NCBI GenBank assembly: GCA_963555755.3
Contig: OY820905.2
Coordinates: forward strand, 3,808,001-3,872,000
DNA: 64,000 bases
Direction: 5' to 3'
Source: Nitrospirales bacterium
GTDB lineage: Bacteria; Nitrospirota; Nitrospiria; Nitrospirales; UBA8639
In this document: positions 20,522-31,580 of the stretch, piece by piece
Position numbering within the stretch: the stretch's first letter is position 1
Layout of the letters: every line of letters starts with the position of its first letter
Notes under the pieces: generated by a model
Told to the model about the DNA's origin: nothing
The model's database searches: none
Seen by the model: only the letters and a program-made list of their open reading frames with translations
Position numbers and translations under genes: made by a program

Positions 20522-21270
20522 TTAGGCCGCTGTCTGTCAGAACGAGGGGTCGCTGGTGTTTCCAGACTGTTGGAGTCTTAGCTTTGGGGATTATGGGATG
20601 TGCTCCAGATACCGTGACCGTGAAGACGCATCCAACATTCGTGCCCCTGTCGATTAAGACGGTTGCGGTCATTCCGTTTACCGCCATCAAAGGGTCGCCT
20701 GGTGTATACCAATCGCTCGGTAACCCTCCTCCTCCTGATGTGGGTTCGTCAGAGATTCGACCCTCTTTTGCCGGGTTGGCATCGCCCGTGCCTCATCGGT
20801 CCTATTCGACACAGGCCTCTGTGCCTTCAATCGCGGCAGAAAAAGTGACGGAGATGGTATATGCCAACTTGAAACTTCGCCCTGGTTTGAAGACGCTATC
20901 TGCGTATGAGGTCACGCACGCCTTGAAACGGACGGGCCTGAAATATTCGAAGTTGCTGGGCCCACGACTCGCGCAGGAGTTGGGCAAAGCCTTATCACTG
21001 GATGCGGTGATTGTTGGTCAGGTGCGGGTCTATCGTGAGCGGGATGGGCAAAAGTTTGCAGCCATTCCCGCGGCAGTCGGGTTTGATGTGCAACTGATCA
21101 ATGCGAAAAACGGAACCGTGATGTGGATGGGAGATTACTTTGAAGAACAAAAACCCCTCACGGAAGATTTGAAGGGATTTTTGGAACGAGGCGGGAAATG
21201 GGTAACCGCTGAAGAATTAGCGCGATCGGGTGCCAAGCGAGTCATGCAACGTTTACCATTAGGAAATTAA
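20512..21270 (+). CDS. Hypothetical lipoprotein inserted in the his operon
   Basis: Lipobox IMGC, VAVIPF motif, CsgG/TolB_N-like pattern (LGKAL.LDAVIVG.V). Confidence 0.7.
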   Translation: MELIRPLSVRTRGRWCFQTVGVLALGIMGCAPDTVTVKTHPTFVPLSIKTVAVIPFTAIKGSPGVYQSLGNPPPPDVGSSEIRPSFAGLASPVPHRSYSTQASVPSIAAEKVTEMVYANLKLRPGLKTLSAYEVTHALKRTGLKYSKLLGPRLAQELGKALSLDAVIVGQVRVYRERDGQKFAAIPAAVGFDVQLINAKNGTVMWMGDYFEEQKPLTEDLKGFLERGGKWVTAEELARSGAKRVMQRLPLGN

Positions 21271-21289
21271 TCAGAGCTGGGCAAAACAT

Positions 21290-22045
21290 ATGATTGTCAT
21301 TCCTGCTATTGATTTAAAAGATGGATGCTGTGTTCGACTTCGACAAGGCGATATGAATCAGGAGACCTCCTATTCTCAAGACCCTCCGGCCATGGCGAAA
21401 CATTGGGAATCCTTAGGTGCGCAACGGCTCCATGTCGTCGATCTCAATGGCGCCGTTGATGGGAAACCGAAAAATTTCGACAATGTCTTGGCCATTACTC
21501 GAGCCATTTCCATCCCTGTTCAAGTGGGAGGCGGCATTCGTAATCTTGACACGATTCGGGACTACCTTTCTCGGGGAGTGAGTCAAGTCGTTCTCGGGAC
21601 TGCCGTGTTGGAGAACCCGTCGTTACTGGAAGAGGCAAGTCGAGAATTTCCCGGCCGTATTTTGATCGGGGTTGATGTGAAACATGGGAAGGTGGCTATG
21701 CATGGTTGGACCAATGTGTCTGAGTCCACCCCCGAGGAAGTCTTTCAGACTCTCAAATCCTATACCCTGGCCGGCGTCATCTTTACGGAAATCAGTCGAG
21801 ACGGGATGCTTGAGGGTCCGAATTTGCCTGCGTTGAAACAGGCCGCACAATCCTCGCCATTTCCCGTGATCGCCTCAGGGGGAGTCACGAGAGTCGAAGA
21901 CATTCAAGCCGTGAAACAGTTGGGAAACAAGATCACCGGCGTCATCGTTGGAAAAGCTCTGTACGAGGGAACGTTGAGTTTTCCTGCCGCGCTTGAAGCC
22001 GCGGCTTCCCCTGAATCCGATGGCCCCGTTCGTGAATCATGCTGA
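21290..22045 (+). CDS. hisA: ProFAR isomerase
   Basis: IPAIDL.DG.CVRL.QG, LHVVDL.GA, QVGGGIR, ASGGV. Confidence 0.98.
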   Translation: MIVIPAIDLKDGCCVRLRQGDMNQETSYSQDPPAMAKHWESLGAQRLHVVDLNGAVDGKPKNFDNVLAITRAISIPVQVGGGIRNLDTIRDYLSRGVSQVVLGTAVLENPSLLEEASREFPGRILIGVDVKHGKVAMHGWTNVSESTPEEVFQTLKSYTLAGVIFTEISRDGMLEGPNLPALKQAAQSSPFPVIASGGVTRVEDIQAVKQLGNKITGVIVGKALYEGTLSFPAALEAAASPESDGPVRESC

Positions 22046-22830
22046 CCAAGCGTATTATTCCCTGCTTGGATGTGAAGGATGGCCGGGTTGTCAAAGGTGT
22101 GTCATTTGTCAATCTTCGTGATGCGGGCGATCCAGTAGAAGTGGCCAAACTGTATGATCAAGCCGGGGCCGATGAGCTGTGCTTCTTGGACATTACCGCT
22201 TCTCATGAAAATCGAGGAATTCTGCTCGATGTTGTTTCGCGAACCGCTGAACAGGTATTCATGCCCCTCACGGTGGGTGGCGGTGTTCGAACCTTAGATG
22301 ACATTCGGCACCTGCTGAAGGCTGGTGCTGACAAAGTCAGCATCAATACGGCAGCGGTTCAAAATCCTGAGTTTGTTACCGAGGCCGCTAATCGATTCGG
22401 GACGCAATGTATTGTCGTGGCGGTTGATGCCAAGCAAGTCTCTACGGCTTCTGAGAATCAAGGTCGGTGGGAAATTTTTACGCATGGCGGACGAAACCCC
22501 ACAGGCCTTGATGCCATCGAATGGGCCAGGCATATGGAGGCCAAGGGTGCAGGAGAGATCCTGCTGACGAGTATGGATCAGGATGGGCAACAGGACGGGT
22601 ATGATCTTCCACTGACCGCAGCTGTATCAGATGCGGTGTCGATTCCGGTCATTGCATCGGGTGGTGCGGGAACCCTGGATCATCTGTATGACGCGCTAGC
22701 AGTTGGAAAAGCCGATGCGGTGTTGGCTGCGTCAATTTTTCACTACCGAACGTATAGTGTGGCGGAGGCCAAAACGTATTTATTCAACCGCGGGCTTCCC
22801 ATTCGACAGGTGAATGGTTATGAATCGTAA
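22039..22830 (+). CDS. hisF: Imidazole glycerol phosphate synthase, cyclase subunit
   Basis: [37 protein letters not shown]. Confidence 0.98.
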   Translation: MLTKRIIPCLDVKDGRVVKGVSFVNLRDAGDPVEVAKLYDQAGADELCFLDITASHENRGILLDVVSRTAEQVFMPLTVGGGVRTLDDIRHLLKAGADKVSINTAAVQNPEFVTEAANRFGTQCIVVAVDAKQVSTASENQGRWEIFTHGGRNPTGLDAIEWARHMEAKGAGEILLTSMDQDGQQDGYDLPLTAAVSDAVSIPVIASGGAGTLDHLYDALAVGKADAVLAASIFHYRTYSVAEAKTYLFNRGLPIRQVNGYES

Positions 22831-23527
22831 TTCCAAATTAGCAAAGCGACACATTGCCGAAACCCTCCAATTTGATGAACATGGGCTCATCCCTGCGGTG
22901 GTTCAGGATTGGAGAAATGGCACGGTCCTCATGCTCGGATTTATGAATCAGGATGCACTTGATCAGACCATGCACACGGGGAATGTGCATTTTTGGAGTC
23001 GCAAACGACAACGATTGTGGGAAAAAGGAGAAGTGTCGGGGAATTATCTCCAAGTGAAACGTCTGTTCGTCGATTGCGATGGGGATACATTGCTTATCAA
23101 GGCGGAACCAATGGGACCGACCTGTCATACGGGAAGCCGGTCCTGTTTTTTTTCTGAAATATCAGACGAGGGAATCTCAATAGAACCCGAAAGCGAAAAG
23201 GCGAATGGAACCATACTCGATCGTTTGTACGAAATGGTGTTGAACAGAAAACAGGATCCTCAAAAAGATTCCTATGTGGCGTCCCTGTTACAAGGTGGAG
23301 ACGATCGGGTCCTGAAAAAAGTGACGGAAGAGGCCGGGGAAGTCTTGCTGGCCGTGAAGAACCACAACAAAGAAGAAATTGTGTGTGAAGTGGCCGACCT
23401 CTTGTTTCATACGATTGTGACGCTTGGGCATTGTGGTATTCCGGTGACGGATATTCAGGAAGAACTGGGCCGACGGTTTGGGGTGTCCGGGCTTAAGACC
23501 AAGCCTGAAACACGAGCGGGTGAGTAA
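22814..23527 (+). CDS. hisIE: Bifunctional PR-AMP cyclohydrolase / PR-ATP pyrophosphatase
   Basis: [39 protein letters not shown]. Confidence 0.96.
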   Translation: MVMNRNSKLAKRHIAETLQFDEHGLIPAVVQDWRNGTVLMLGFMNQDALDQTMHTGNVHFWSRKRQRLWEKGEVSGNYLQVKRLFVDCDGDTLLIKAEPMGPTCHTGSRSCFFSEISDEGISIEPESEKANGTILDRLYEMVLNRKQDPQKDSYVASLLQGGDDRVLKKVTEEAGEVLLAVKNHNKEEIVCEVADLLFHTIVTLGHCGIPVTDIQEELGRRFGVSGLKTKPETRAGE

Positions 23528-23683
23528 ACCTTGAAACGGCAGTTGGGCGCAAAACAGCGGTGTACGATATTGGTGTGCATGGTGCAATACAAAAAGTCGT
23601 GGTCACCTGGCTTAGTTTTTGATCAAGTTTCCATTAGACACCTGAGGCCATGATCAAAAAATGTCCTACGGTGTTGTCGTCAG

Positions 23684-23712
23684 TTGACTTGTTTGTTCCC
23701 CCTTGTTATAGT
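23684..23712 (+). promoter_or_regulatory. sigma70 promoter upstream of dnaG
   Basis: TTGACT-N17-TATAGT. Confidence 0.6.
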
Positions 23713-23798
23713 CCAGTAAATTGTTCTTATTTTACAATAGCTTACAAAGAATTTGCCCTTCAAACACCAGGTTAGCAGAAAGGCCTTAGGGAAGAGCC

Positions 23799-25631
23799 TT
23801 GGCAACCGATCGGGGTGGGATCCCACCTACCACTCTTCAACACATTCGTGACACGGTCGATATCGTGGATGTCGTATCCCGGTACGTCACCTTGTCCAAA
23901 ACCGGCCAAAACTATCGTGGCCTCTGCCCTTTTCATAATGAGAAAACGCCGTCCTTTACTGTGACTCCCACACGACAGATGTTTTACTGCTTTGGTTGTG
24001 GCACGGGCGGAGATGTCTTTTCCTTTTTGATGAGTCGGGAACGATTCGGTTTCGTTGAAGCGGTGACGGAGCTTGCTCAGCAAGTTGGCATCGAAATTCC
24101 TGCATCCTCTTTCCCACGTTCCTCGCAGCCAGATCGTGATCAACGCAAAACGCTTGAACAGCTTCATGCCTTAGCGAGCGATTGGTTTCAACAGTACCTG
24201 CATGATTCGACGCAGGGTGGGGGAGCGTTGACCTATCTCCTCAATCGTGGCCTGACGTTGGATACTCTTAAAGAGTTTGGTGTGGGCTACGCGTTACCGT
24301 CTTGGGATTCATTGACCCAACATCTTCTACGCAAAGGGGCAAAGTTGGCGGATCTGGTTCAGTCAGGTTTGGTGGTGCCCAAACAATCGAGCCAGCCCGA
24401 AGATGCGAAGCGGGACGGGTGTTATGATCGATTTCGTGCTCGGGTGATGGTGCCGATAATGGATTTGCGTGGCCACGTCATTGCTTTTGGAGGGCGGGTC
24501 TTGGATGACGGAACGCCGAAGTATTTGAATTCACCGGAAACTCCTCTCTTTAACAAGCGGCGATTTCTTTTTGGATTGGATCGAGCCCGCGATTCTGCTA
24601 GCCAACGCAATGCCTTGCTGGTTGTCGAAGGATACTTTGATGTGCTGGTGTTGCACCAGTTTGGCCTCCACCATGCGGTGGCTCCACTTGGTACAGCGTT
24701 GACCGCCGAGCATGTGTCGCTGATCCGGCGATTCGTCAAAAACGTGGTTTTGATGTTTGATGGCGATGCCGCCGGAGTCAAGGCGACATTGCGGACGATG
24801 GATGTCTTCCTCAATAGCGGCGTGACGGTCAATGTTGTCCGACTGCCATCGGGGGAAGATCCGGATTCCTATGTGAGGGCGCATGGGGCCGAACAACTAT
24901 TGGAATTGGAACAGCAAGCCTGTCCCTTAGTCGAGTTTGCCGTGGAGCAATGCCTCGCCGGAGTGACGCAAGCCTCAGTGGAAGAACGGATGCGTCGAGT
25001 CGATGAGGTGCTGAGCATTCTGGCTAAGGTTTCTAACCCGATTGAAAAAGAGGAATATCTCAAGCAAGTCGCGGAGCGATTGGGAATTCGGCAATCATTA
25101 CTGATGGAACGTTCTCCTGTACTGGCGGCGCGAGAACGGTCGCATATCTCCCGTCAACAATCTCAATCCATTCCACCGCGGCCCCGGACTCCAAAAAGAA
25201 AGGGAAGCCGTGAGGAACGTGATATTGTTACGCTCTTGGTGCAGGGCCTGCTTGAGCCAGCACAGGTGTCGATGTTACGGGCAGAGGATTTTTGGGCGCC
25301 GGAATATCGCCGGCTCGTGGAAATAAGCCTGGGTCAAGTTGGTGAAGATGGGCAATTGAACGTCGACGCGTTCCTGGCCGAGGCGGGAGTTGATCCTGAC
25401 AGTGCTTCTGTCGCAGCAGAGTTAGCCGTGTCAGAACAACATTTTGATGATTGTCATGATTATTTTAAGGGATGTATGGAGGCCTTAGCACGCAGACGTC
25501 TCAAAACCACTTTGGATGGGCTCATTGCTCGGCTTCGAGTGGCTGAACATGAACAACGAGTTGAAGAAGTTGATGCAATCAATGCGGAGATAGAATCCTT
25601 GCGCGAGCAGAAGGCTGGGCTCGTCGTCTGA
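23799..25631 (+). CDS. dnaG: DNA primase
   Basis: Zn finger CPFHNEKTPSF...CFGC, KYLNSPET, TOPRIM VVEGYFDV / FDGDAAG. TTG start. Confidence 0.97.
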   Translation: MATDRGGIPPTTLQHIRDTVDIVDVVSRYVTLSKTGQNYRGLCPFHNEKTPSFTVTPTRQMFYCFGCGTGGDVFSFLMSRERFGFVEAVTELAQQVGIEIPASSFPRSSQPDRDQRKTLEQLHALASDWFQQYLHDSTQGGGALTYLLNRGLTLDTLKEFGVGYALPSWDSLTQHLLRKGAKLADLVQSGLVVPKQSSQPEDAKRDGCYDRFRARVMVPIMDLRGHVIAFGGRVLDDGTPKYLNSPETPLFNKRRFLFGLDRARDSASQRNALLVVEGYFDVLVLHQFGLHHAVAPLGTALTAEHVSLIRRFVKNVVLMFDGDAAGVKATLRTMDVFLNSGVTVNVVRLPSGEDPDSYVRAHGAEQLLELEQQACPLVEFAVEQCLAGVTQASVEERMRRVDEVLSILAKVSNPIEKEEYLKQVAERLGIRQSLLMERSPVLAARERSHISRQQSQSIPPRPRTPKRKGSREERDIVTLLVQGLLEPAQVSMLRAEDFWAPEYRRLVEISLGQVGEDGQLNVDAFLAEAGVDPDSASVAAELAVSEQHFDDCHDYFKGCMEALARRRLKTTLDGLIARLRVAEHEQRVEEVDAINAEIESLREQKAGLVV

Positions 25632-25643
25632 CCTCAAGTCTAA

Positions 25644-25856
25644 CAGGATGTTGAAAAAGGCCCGTCCAGCAAGGCCGCAGGTGCTCCCGGCCTTCGTAGC
25701 CACTTCGGCGGAGTAGGCTTGGCACGCGGAGTGTACAAGAGGTACGTGAGCATGACCAAGCACCGACCTGCCTGCGCGAAGCCGATCAGGCGAAGGCAGG
25801 AAATGCCGCTGGCGGACCCTTGGGCAAGACTCAGGGCATGCTTTTGCAACATCCTG
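25644..25856. mobile_element. MITE family A with three nested micro-insertions
   Basis: CAGGATGTTGAAAAAG...CTTTTGCAACATCCTG with the CAAGG/GGAG-hairpin-TGAG core. Confidence 0.8.
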
Positions 25857-25879
25857 CTTATCTAAGGAGAGGACGTTCT

Positions 25880-27709
25880 ATGGCGAAAACCGTACTGTCG
25901 AGAAAATCGAAAGTGGTTCTAGCTTTTGAGAAAAAGAAAAAACGGACTCTGGCGAAGCCTATGAATTCTGCTGTCCAGACTGTTGTCTCAACCGCTACGC
26001 ATGTTGCAAATCTCGTCCAGGCCATCGAAAAAACGGAAGGACAAGGGCGGGCTGCTGTGGAATCGGGGAATTCATTATCCCAAGCCTCAACTCCGCCTGA
26101 GCGTGTGTCGTCGGGCTCTGATACTCGTGAGGAGGGCAAAGCCCTGCCGGAGGACAGTGAGCGTGAGATTGATCTCACGCCTGGAGAACTTAGTAAAACC
26201 GATGATCCGGTGCGGCTGTATCTCCGGGAAATGGGCAGTGTGTCATTGCTCAGCCGCGAAGGCGAGATTGAGTTAGCGAAACGGATTGAAGATGGCAAAC
26301 ATGAATTAGCTTTTGCCATTGCCGGCATGCCCATGACGTTGCTCTATTTGGATGCCCTGCGTCTCGCGATAAAAAAAGGGGACTTACGGGTTCGAGATTT
26401 CGTGCTGGTTCATGTGCCCACCGAAGAGGAGGAGCTCGAGGAAGAAGACGTCGAAGACGAACAAGATGAAGAAGAACTCCTGCAGCGCACCCTGGCGGAA
26501 CTCGAGAAAATGCGCCGGGTGGGCAAGAGCCTACTCACCATCTATGACAAGCGGCGCAAGGCCTCGTCAGCGCAGCAGGCCCGGATTGGGAAGCAACTCC
26601 ATGGAGTGCAGCAACAGATTGTCGAGCGGCTTGATGCCATGAATGTGCAACAGGCAGTACGGGATGAGCTGTTGCGGCGGATTAAAGAGAAAGGGGTCGC
26701 GTTACGGGGAGCCGAGCGTGTGGTGGAGGATTGTTGCCGGCGGCTTGGGAAGCCACGGACAGAAGCCGCCAAAGTGATTCGGCAGATGGGGCGGAAGCGG
26801 ACGGTCTACACGGCGGTGCGGCGGAGGACGGGCTATAGCGATGAGGCCTTAGAAAAGCTGATGCGGGCGTTTCAGGACGGGCAGGGGACGGTGCGGCGGA
26901 TCGAACAGGAAGAGGTGCTGCTGCCGGCGGCCGAATTCAAGAGGGCGTTCCTGACGTTAGAGTGGGCCGAGGAGAAGATGAAGCGGGGAAAGGCGGAGTT
27001 GATTGAAGCGAACCTGCGGTTGGTTGTGAGTATTGCGAAGAAGTATACGAACCGGGGACTGCAGTTTTTAGACTTGATCCAAGAGGGCAATGTTGGGTTG
27101 ATGAAGGCGGTGGATAAGTTTGAATATCAGCGGGGATATAAATTTAGTACGTATGCGACGTGGTGGATTCGGCAGGCGATCACGCGAGCGATTGCGGACC
27201 AGGCGCGAACTATCCGCATCCCCGTGCATATGATCGAAACGATCAACAAGCTGGTGCGGACGTCGCGGCATTTGGTACAGCAATTGGGGCGGGAGCCGAC
27301 GCCGGAGGAGATTGGGGAGCGGATGGAGGTGCCGCTGGAGAAAGTGCGGAAGATCTTGAAGATTGCGAAGGAGCCCATCTCGTTAGAGACCCCGATCGGA
27401 GAGGAAGAGGACAGTCATTTAGGGGACTTTATCGAGGATAAGAAAGCGGTGTCGCCAATAGAAGCTGCCGTGCGCTATGATTTACACCGTCAAATTTCTA
27501 CGTCGTTGAGCACGTTAACCCCCCGAGAGGAAAAGGTTCTTCGCAAGCGGTTTGGGATTGGGGAGGCGACGGACCATACGTTGGAGGAAGTGGGACAGGA
27601 TTTTGCTGTGACGCGGGAGCGGATTCGGCAAATTGAAGCCAAGGCGTTGCGGAAACTGCGGCATCCCACGCGGAGCAAGAAGTTACGGAGTTTTGCCGAA
27701 GGATTTTAA
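25880..27709 (+). CDS. rpoD: RNA polymerase primary sigma factor
   Basis: [66 protein letters not shown] lies before 25880. Confidence 0.97.
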   Translation: MAKTVLSRKSKVVLAFEKKKKRTLAKPMNSAVQTVVSTATHVANLVQAIEKTEGQGRAAVESGNSLSQASTPPERVSSGSDTREEGKALPEDSEREIDLTPGELSKTDDPVRLYLREMGSVSLLSREGEIELAKRIEDGKHELAFAIAGMPMTLLYLDALRLAIKKGDLRVRDFVLVHVPTEEEELEEEDVEDEQDEEELLQRTLAELEKMRRVGKSLLTIYDKRRKASSAQQARIGKQLHGVQQQIVERLDAMNVQQAVRDELLRRIKEKGVALRGAERVVEDCCRRLGKPRTEAAKVIRQMGRKRTVYTAVRRRTGYSDEALEKLMRAFQDGQGTVRRIEQEEVLLPAAEFKRAFLTLEWAEEKMKRGKAELIEANLRLVVSIAKKYTNRGLQFLDLIQEGNVGLMKAVDKFEYQRGYKFSTYATWWIRQAITRAIADQARTIRIPVHMIETINKLVRTSRHLVQQLGREPTPEEIGERMEVPLEKVRKILKIAKEPISLETPIGEEEDSHLGDFIEDKKAVSPIEAAVRYDLHRQISTSLSTLTPREEKVLRKRFGIGEATDHTLEEVGQDFAVTRERIRQIEAKALRKLRHPTRSKKLRSFAEGF

Positions 27710-27775
27710 ATCGTGATTCGATACGCGTGAGGCGTGATCTGAAACGTGTTTTCCCTCTTGCGTTTTCACGCTTCA

Positions 27776-27989
27776 CGGCCTGTTGAGTATATCACTCCAA
27801 CAGCCAATAAAAGCTCCAGATGAGCCACGCATCGTCAGTGGGAGGGAATGTTCAAAAAAGCATGCCCTGAGTCTTTCCGAATGGTCTATCCAGCAAGGCC
27901 GCAGCCATGTTGACGCGCGGAGCGGACTCATAGTACGTGAGCACGGCAAAAGGGCGAGAACGCCGCTGGCGGCTTTTTTCAACATTCCC
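27776..27989. mobile_element. MITE family A (long form) inserted in a CTTCACG heptamer array
   Basis: 5-bp duplication CTTCA; homologous to 9768-9981. Confidence 0.85.
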
Positions 27990-28016
27990 CTTCACGGATG
28001 ACGCTTCACGAATTCC

Positions 28017-28093
28017 GGGCCCATAGCTCAGTTGGTTAGAGCGGCGGACTCATAATCCGCTGGTCCCAGGTTCAAGTCCTGGTGGGCCCACCA
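28017..28093 (+). tRNA. tRNA with CAT anticodon, probably tRNA-Ile2 (lysidine)
   Basis: Cloverleaf GGGCCCA...TGGGCCC-A-CCA, anticodon loop CT-CAT-AA. Position after rpoD as for E. coli ileX. Confidence 0.9.
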
Positions 28094-28280
28094 GCCTTCG
28101 CCAAGGCTTCGGCTGGCATGCCTGAAGAAAAGGCTGTCCGCCAGAGGTGGCTTTAGCATCGAGGGCGAAGGCGGATTGAATTGAACTTTCTCGTAGACTT
28201 TCTGCCATCTTTGATCTTTTATGATGAGATTCGGTAATGTAAGCTTTCGTTGACACAGACTTCTCCTTTCTAACATAGAG

Positions 28281-29042
28281 GTGTTCTTGAACGCACAACT
28301 GTCCCTCCTGGTTCAGCTTCAACAGTTCGATCTCAACATTCATAAACTGGATGATCAACGACACAAGATTCCTGCCCGTATCGATGAAGCCCGTTTTGCC
28401 TTCGATCAGGCCAATTCGCGCCTGGAAGATATCAAGACGGCACTAGAAAAGGCCACGACTGACCGGCGCAGTGGTGAGCAAGATCTCGATGAACAAGAAA
28501 GCCATGTGCAAAAACTTCGTACGCGGCTCATGGAACTCAAAACGAATAAGGAATATCAGGCGCATTTATTTGAAATCGATTTAGCCAACAAAAAAAAGGA
28601 TTCGTTAGAGGAGCGAGTTTTGCTGGCCATGGAACGTGGCGAGGAAAAGCAGAAGGAACTTGAAGAGGTTCAGGGTCTTGTTAATGATGCGATTCAATCT
28701 TTTACGCAAGAGAAAACTCAATTAGAGTCCAAGGCCATTGACCTTGACCGGGAACTCGGGGAAATGAAGGTCCAGAAAGACGACGTGCTAAAGTTGTTGG
28801 ACAAATCCGTGTACGCGCGGTACACGAAACTCAGGTCTACCCTGAAAGTTCTCGTGGTCGCGCAAGTGAGTGGTGGTACCTGCCAGGGCTGTCGATTACA
28901 AGTTCCCCCTCAGTTAGTTGCTGATGTCAAACGCGCGGATCAATTACTGACATGTCCGTACTGTTTTCGAATTTTGTACGCCGAAGATTTGCCTGGTACG
29001 GCGCCTGAGTTTTCCAATGCTCAGGAAGTCGCTGATGTTTAG
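28281..29042 (+). CDS. Coiled-coil C4 zinc-ribbon protein (DUF164/zf-RING_7)
   Basis: Long coiled coil, KTNKEYQA, C-terminal CQGC...CPYC.RIL. Confidence 0.88.
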   Translation: MFLNAQLSLLVQLQQFDLNIHKLDDQRHKIPARIDEARFAFDQANSRLEDIKTALEKATTDRRSGEQDLDEQESHVQKLRTRLMELKTNKEYQAHLFEIDLANKKKDSLEERVLLAMERGEEKQKELEEVQGLVNDAIQSFTQEKTQLESKAIDLDRELGEMKVQKDDVLKLLDKSVYARYTKLRSTLKVLVVAQVSGGTCQGCRLQVPPQLVADVKRADQLLTCPYCFRILYAEDLPGTAPEFSNAQEVADV

Positions 29043-29330
29043 GAGCCTGTCAAAAATTAGATGGATCAACGTCGGGTGTCCTTGATTTGGCCATATTTCC
29101 GATCCTTTTCGGGGAATGTTGAAAAAGACCGCCAGCTGCGTTCTCGGGCTTTTGGCGTGCTCACGTACTCCGTGTACGCTCCGCGCGCTAAAAGCCCTGC
29201 GGCCTTGCTGGACGGCCTTTTTGAACATTCCCCGTTTTCGTTGAATAGTCCCACTATTCGCCTCAAACGATCGAAACATCTGGCTCAAACCAGCACCCTC
29301 TCATGACGATCGCTAATCTCGGACAGGCTC
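29043..29330. mobile_element. MITE family B enclosing a family A core
   Basis: TAG|GAGCCTGTC...GGACAGGCTC|CTAG. Confidence 0.88.
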
Positions 29331-29412
29331 CTAGCGGTATCCTTCACACCGATAGAAACAGCCAAGATTGCTTGTTTCCTCTAAAACAGCCTATTATTAT
29401 TCATGGAATCAT

Positions 29413-29869
29413 GGAGTGGGTGAGGTGATCGCTCGTTCTCGTTTGGGCCAGGGAATGAGAGGAAAGTCCGGACTCCAGAGGGCAGGGTGCTGGGTAACGC
29501 CCAGGCGGAGCAATCCGACATGAGCGCCACAGAAAACATACCGCCGAAGGCCTGGATCTTTCGAGATCCTTGGCCAGGTAAGGGTGAAATGGTGGGGTAA
29601 GAGCCCACCGCATTCATGGTGACATGAATGGCAGGGCAAGCATCACCCGGAGCAAGACCAAATAGGGGGACGAGCCGAACGGGTTTCTCTTCATTCCATA
29701 TCTAGGCCCATCGGGATGAAGAGTGAAATCGTGATGTTCGGGGGAGGTCGGCCCGGCCGAAGTTCTCGGGTAGGTTGCTAGAAGCTCACGGTAACGTGGG
29801 TTCCAGAGACATGATCACCCCCGTGGTCTTTTGGACTACGGGACAGAATCCGGCTTATCAACCCACTCC
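29413..29869 (+). ncRNA. rnpB: RNase P RNA (type A)
   Basis: GAGGAAAGTCCG, GAGCAAGACCAAATAGG and ACAGAATCCGGCTTA signatures. P1 pairing GGAGTGGGT/ACCCACTCC. Confidence 0.96.
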
Positions 29870-30011
29870 ATGTATTTCCTTTTTTGTCATTGCCAAACGG
29901 GAAATAATTCGTCATAGAGAGTGTCTCTAGGCGAATTTCACTTTTCATTTGTTTGACGAGGGTAGACCCCTTTGTTACCATGCCCCTACCTTTTTTCAGC
30001 ATTCGAGTATA

Positions 30012-30089
30012 GTCCCCATCGTCTAGCCTGGCCTAGGACGCCGGCCTTTCAAGCCGGCAACACGGGTTCAAATCCCGTTGGGGACGCCA
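30012..30089 (+). tRNA. tRNA-Glu(TTC)
   Basis: GTCCCCA...TGGGGAC-G-CCA, anticodon loop CT-TTC-AA. Upstream TTGACG-N17-TACCAT. Confidence 0.95.
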
Positions 30090-30099
30090 CGATAACCAA

Positions 30100-30133
30100 G
30101 GCCGCTGAACCTCGTTTCAGCGGCTCTTTTTTT
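30100..30133 (+). terminator. Intrinsic terminator after tRNA-Glu
   Basis: GCCGCTGAA-loop-TTCAGCGGC followed by a T tract. Confidence 0.8.
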
Positions 30134-30325
30134 ATCTGGTATGCGAGGTTGAATCAGGTACCACAGGGGCTCTCATAACAGTGGGGTTTTCTCGGTTGTG
30201 ATCACTGAACCCACTTTGTACAATGGGGAAGCAGTATCGAATGAGTGTGCCAGGAATAATTGGCCACGACATACGAACAGAATTACACCCTGTTTTTACT
30301 TTGAGCTGGTATTGGAGGATGGGTC

Positions 30326-31291
30326 ATGCTTTGGGAAACACTTAAAAAAACTGGAGTATGCTTGACGTATATCGTTGGAGTTGTGGGAGTCGTACTTGGA
30401 GGGCATCCAGCGGAGGCTGAATGGAAATATGATTCATCCGGACCGTCGATCGAATCACACTTTGAAATGACAACAGGAAAAGATGGCGCTCCCATGATTA
30501 AAATCCCCGAAGGGGAATTTCTGATGGGAGCGAACGATGGCCCCAGAAATGAACGTCCTGAGCATACGGTATATTTGGATGCCTATTATATCGATCAGTT
30601 TGAAGTGACGATGGAGCGATATCAGGTCTTTTTAGATGAAACCTATCATGATTTTCCTCCTCTCTGGAATGATGGTGCTGCGGTAGAAGAAGCCAAGGAT
30701 CGGCCAGCCGTTGGCATGGCGTGGGCCAGTGCCAAAGTCTATTGCGAGTGGGCGGGCAAGCGCTTACCGACCGAAGCCGAGTGGGAAAAGGCAGCTCGGG
30801 GAACCGATGGGCGTCGTTATCCCTGGGGGCACATGCAGCCCTTTGTGGATATCGCTCGATATAATCTTGGTACTACCGGGTGGGTCAGTTATGATACTAC
30901 GCTTGCTTCGGTGACGAGTGGAACATCAGGGATGAGTATTCGCCACGGCTTGAAACAAGGCACAAAAAGTCCCTTTGGGCTTTATCACATGGCGGGGAAT
31001 GCTTCGGAGTGGGTGGCTGACTGGTATGACCGATCCTATTATGAAGAGAGTCCTGTAAAAAACCCCACCGGTCCTGCCGAAGGGGAACGAAAAATCTACC
31101 GCGGTGGATCCTGGGAAGACCCGCCTAAACGCCTTCGGGTGACCGCTCGTGCCGGTGCGGAATCGGACTTTCCGATTGAAGCCAACGATCTCACTATTGG
31201 GTTTCGTTGTGTGCAGGACGGGAAAAATGAAAGTAGTACAGTTACACAAGTGTCGCCAGAAACAGATAACGGAGAGTTAAAGAAGGACTAG
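30326..31291 (+). CDS. Formylglycine-generating enzyme (SUMF1/FGE) family protein
   Basis: IP.GEFLMG, RLPTEAEWEKAARG, GLYHMAGN..EWV.DWY, RGGSW, GFRC. Confidence 0.92.
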   Translation: MLWETLKKTGVCLTYIVGVVGVVLGGHPAEAEWKYDSSGPSIESHFEMTTGKDGAPMIKIPEGEFLMGANDGPRNERPEHTVYLDAYYIDQFEVTMERYQVFLDETYHDFPPLWNDGAAVEEAKDRPAVGMAWASAKVYCEWAGKRLPTEAEWEKAARGTDGRRYPWGHMQPFVDIARYNLGTTGWVSYDTTLASVTSGTSGMSIRHGLKQGTKSPFGLYHMAGNASEWVADWYDRSYYEESPVKNPTGPAEGERKIYRGGSWEDPPKRLRVTARAGAESDFPIEANDLTIGFRCVQDGKNESSTVTQVSPETDNGELKKD

Positions 31292-31580
31292 GAGCCTGTC
31301 CAAGATTAGCGATCGTCACGAGGATGTGCTGGATTGAGTCAGATGTTTCGATCGTTTGAGGCGAATAGTGGGACTATTCAACGAAAACGGGGAAGGTTGA
31401 AAAAAGGCGTCCAGCAAGGCCGCAGGGCTTTGGGCGCGCGGAGCGTACACGCAGTACGTGAGCACGCCAAAAGCCCGAGAACGCAGCTGGCGGTCTTTTT
31501 CAACCTTCCCCGAAAAGGATCGGAAGATCTGGCCACATCCAGCGCATCAACCGTAGATCTGTCTAATCTTGAACAGGTTG
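31292..31580. mobile_element. MITE family B (opposite orientation)
   Basis: Reverse complement of 13446-13734. The right end is degenerate and overlaps the cupin stop codon. Confidence 0.85.

Noticed and set aside
25820..25879. Longer rpoD start at 25820 (also EVE 9076, mtaB 38681, trkH 38026)
   Set aside because: The extensions run into repeats or intergenic DNA. Downstream starts fit family N-termini and, for rpoD, EVE and mtaB, have an SD.
5745..28010. Short repeat arrays as CRISPR
   Set aside because: The units are 7-mers without unique spacers, and there are no cas genes.
30326..31291. FGE (CLec-fold) gene as a DGR target
   Set aside because: No template repeat of its 3' end and no reverse transcriptase were seen.
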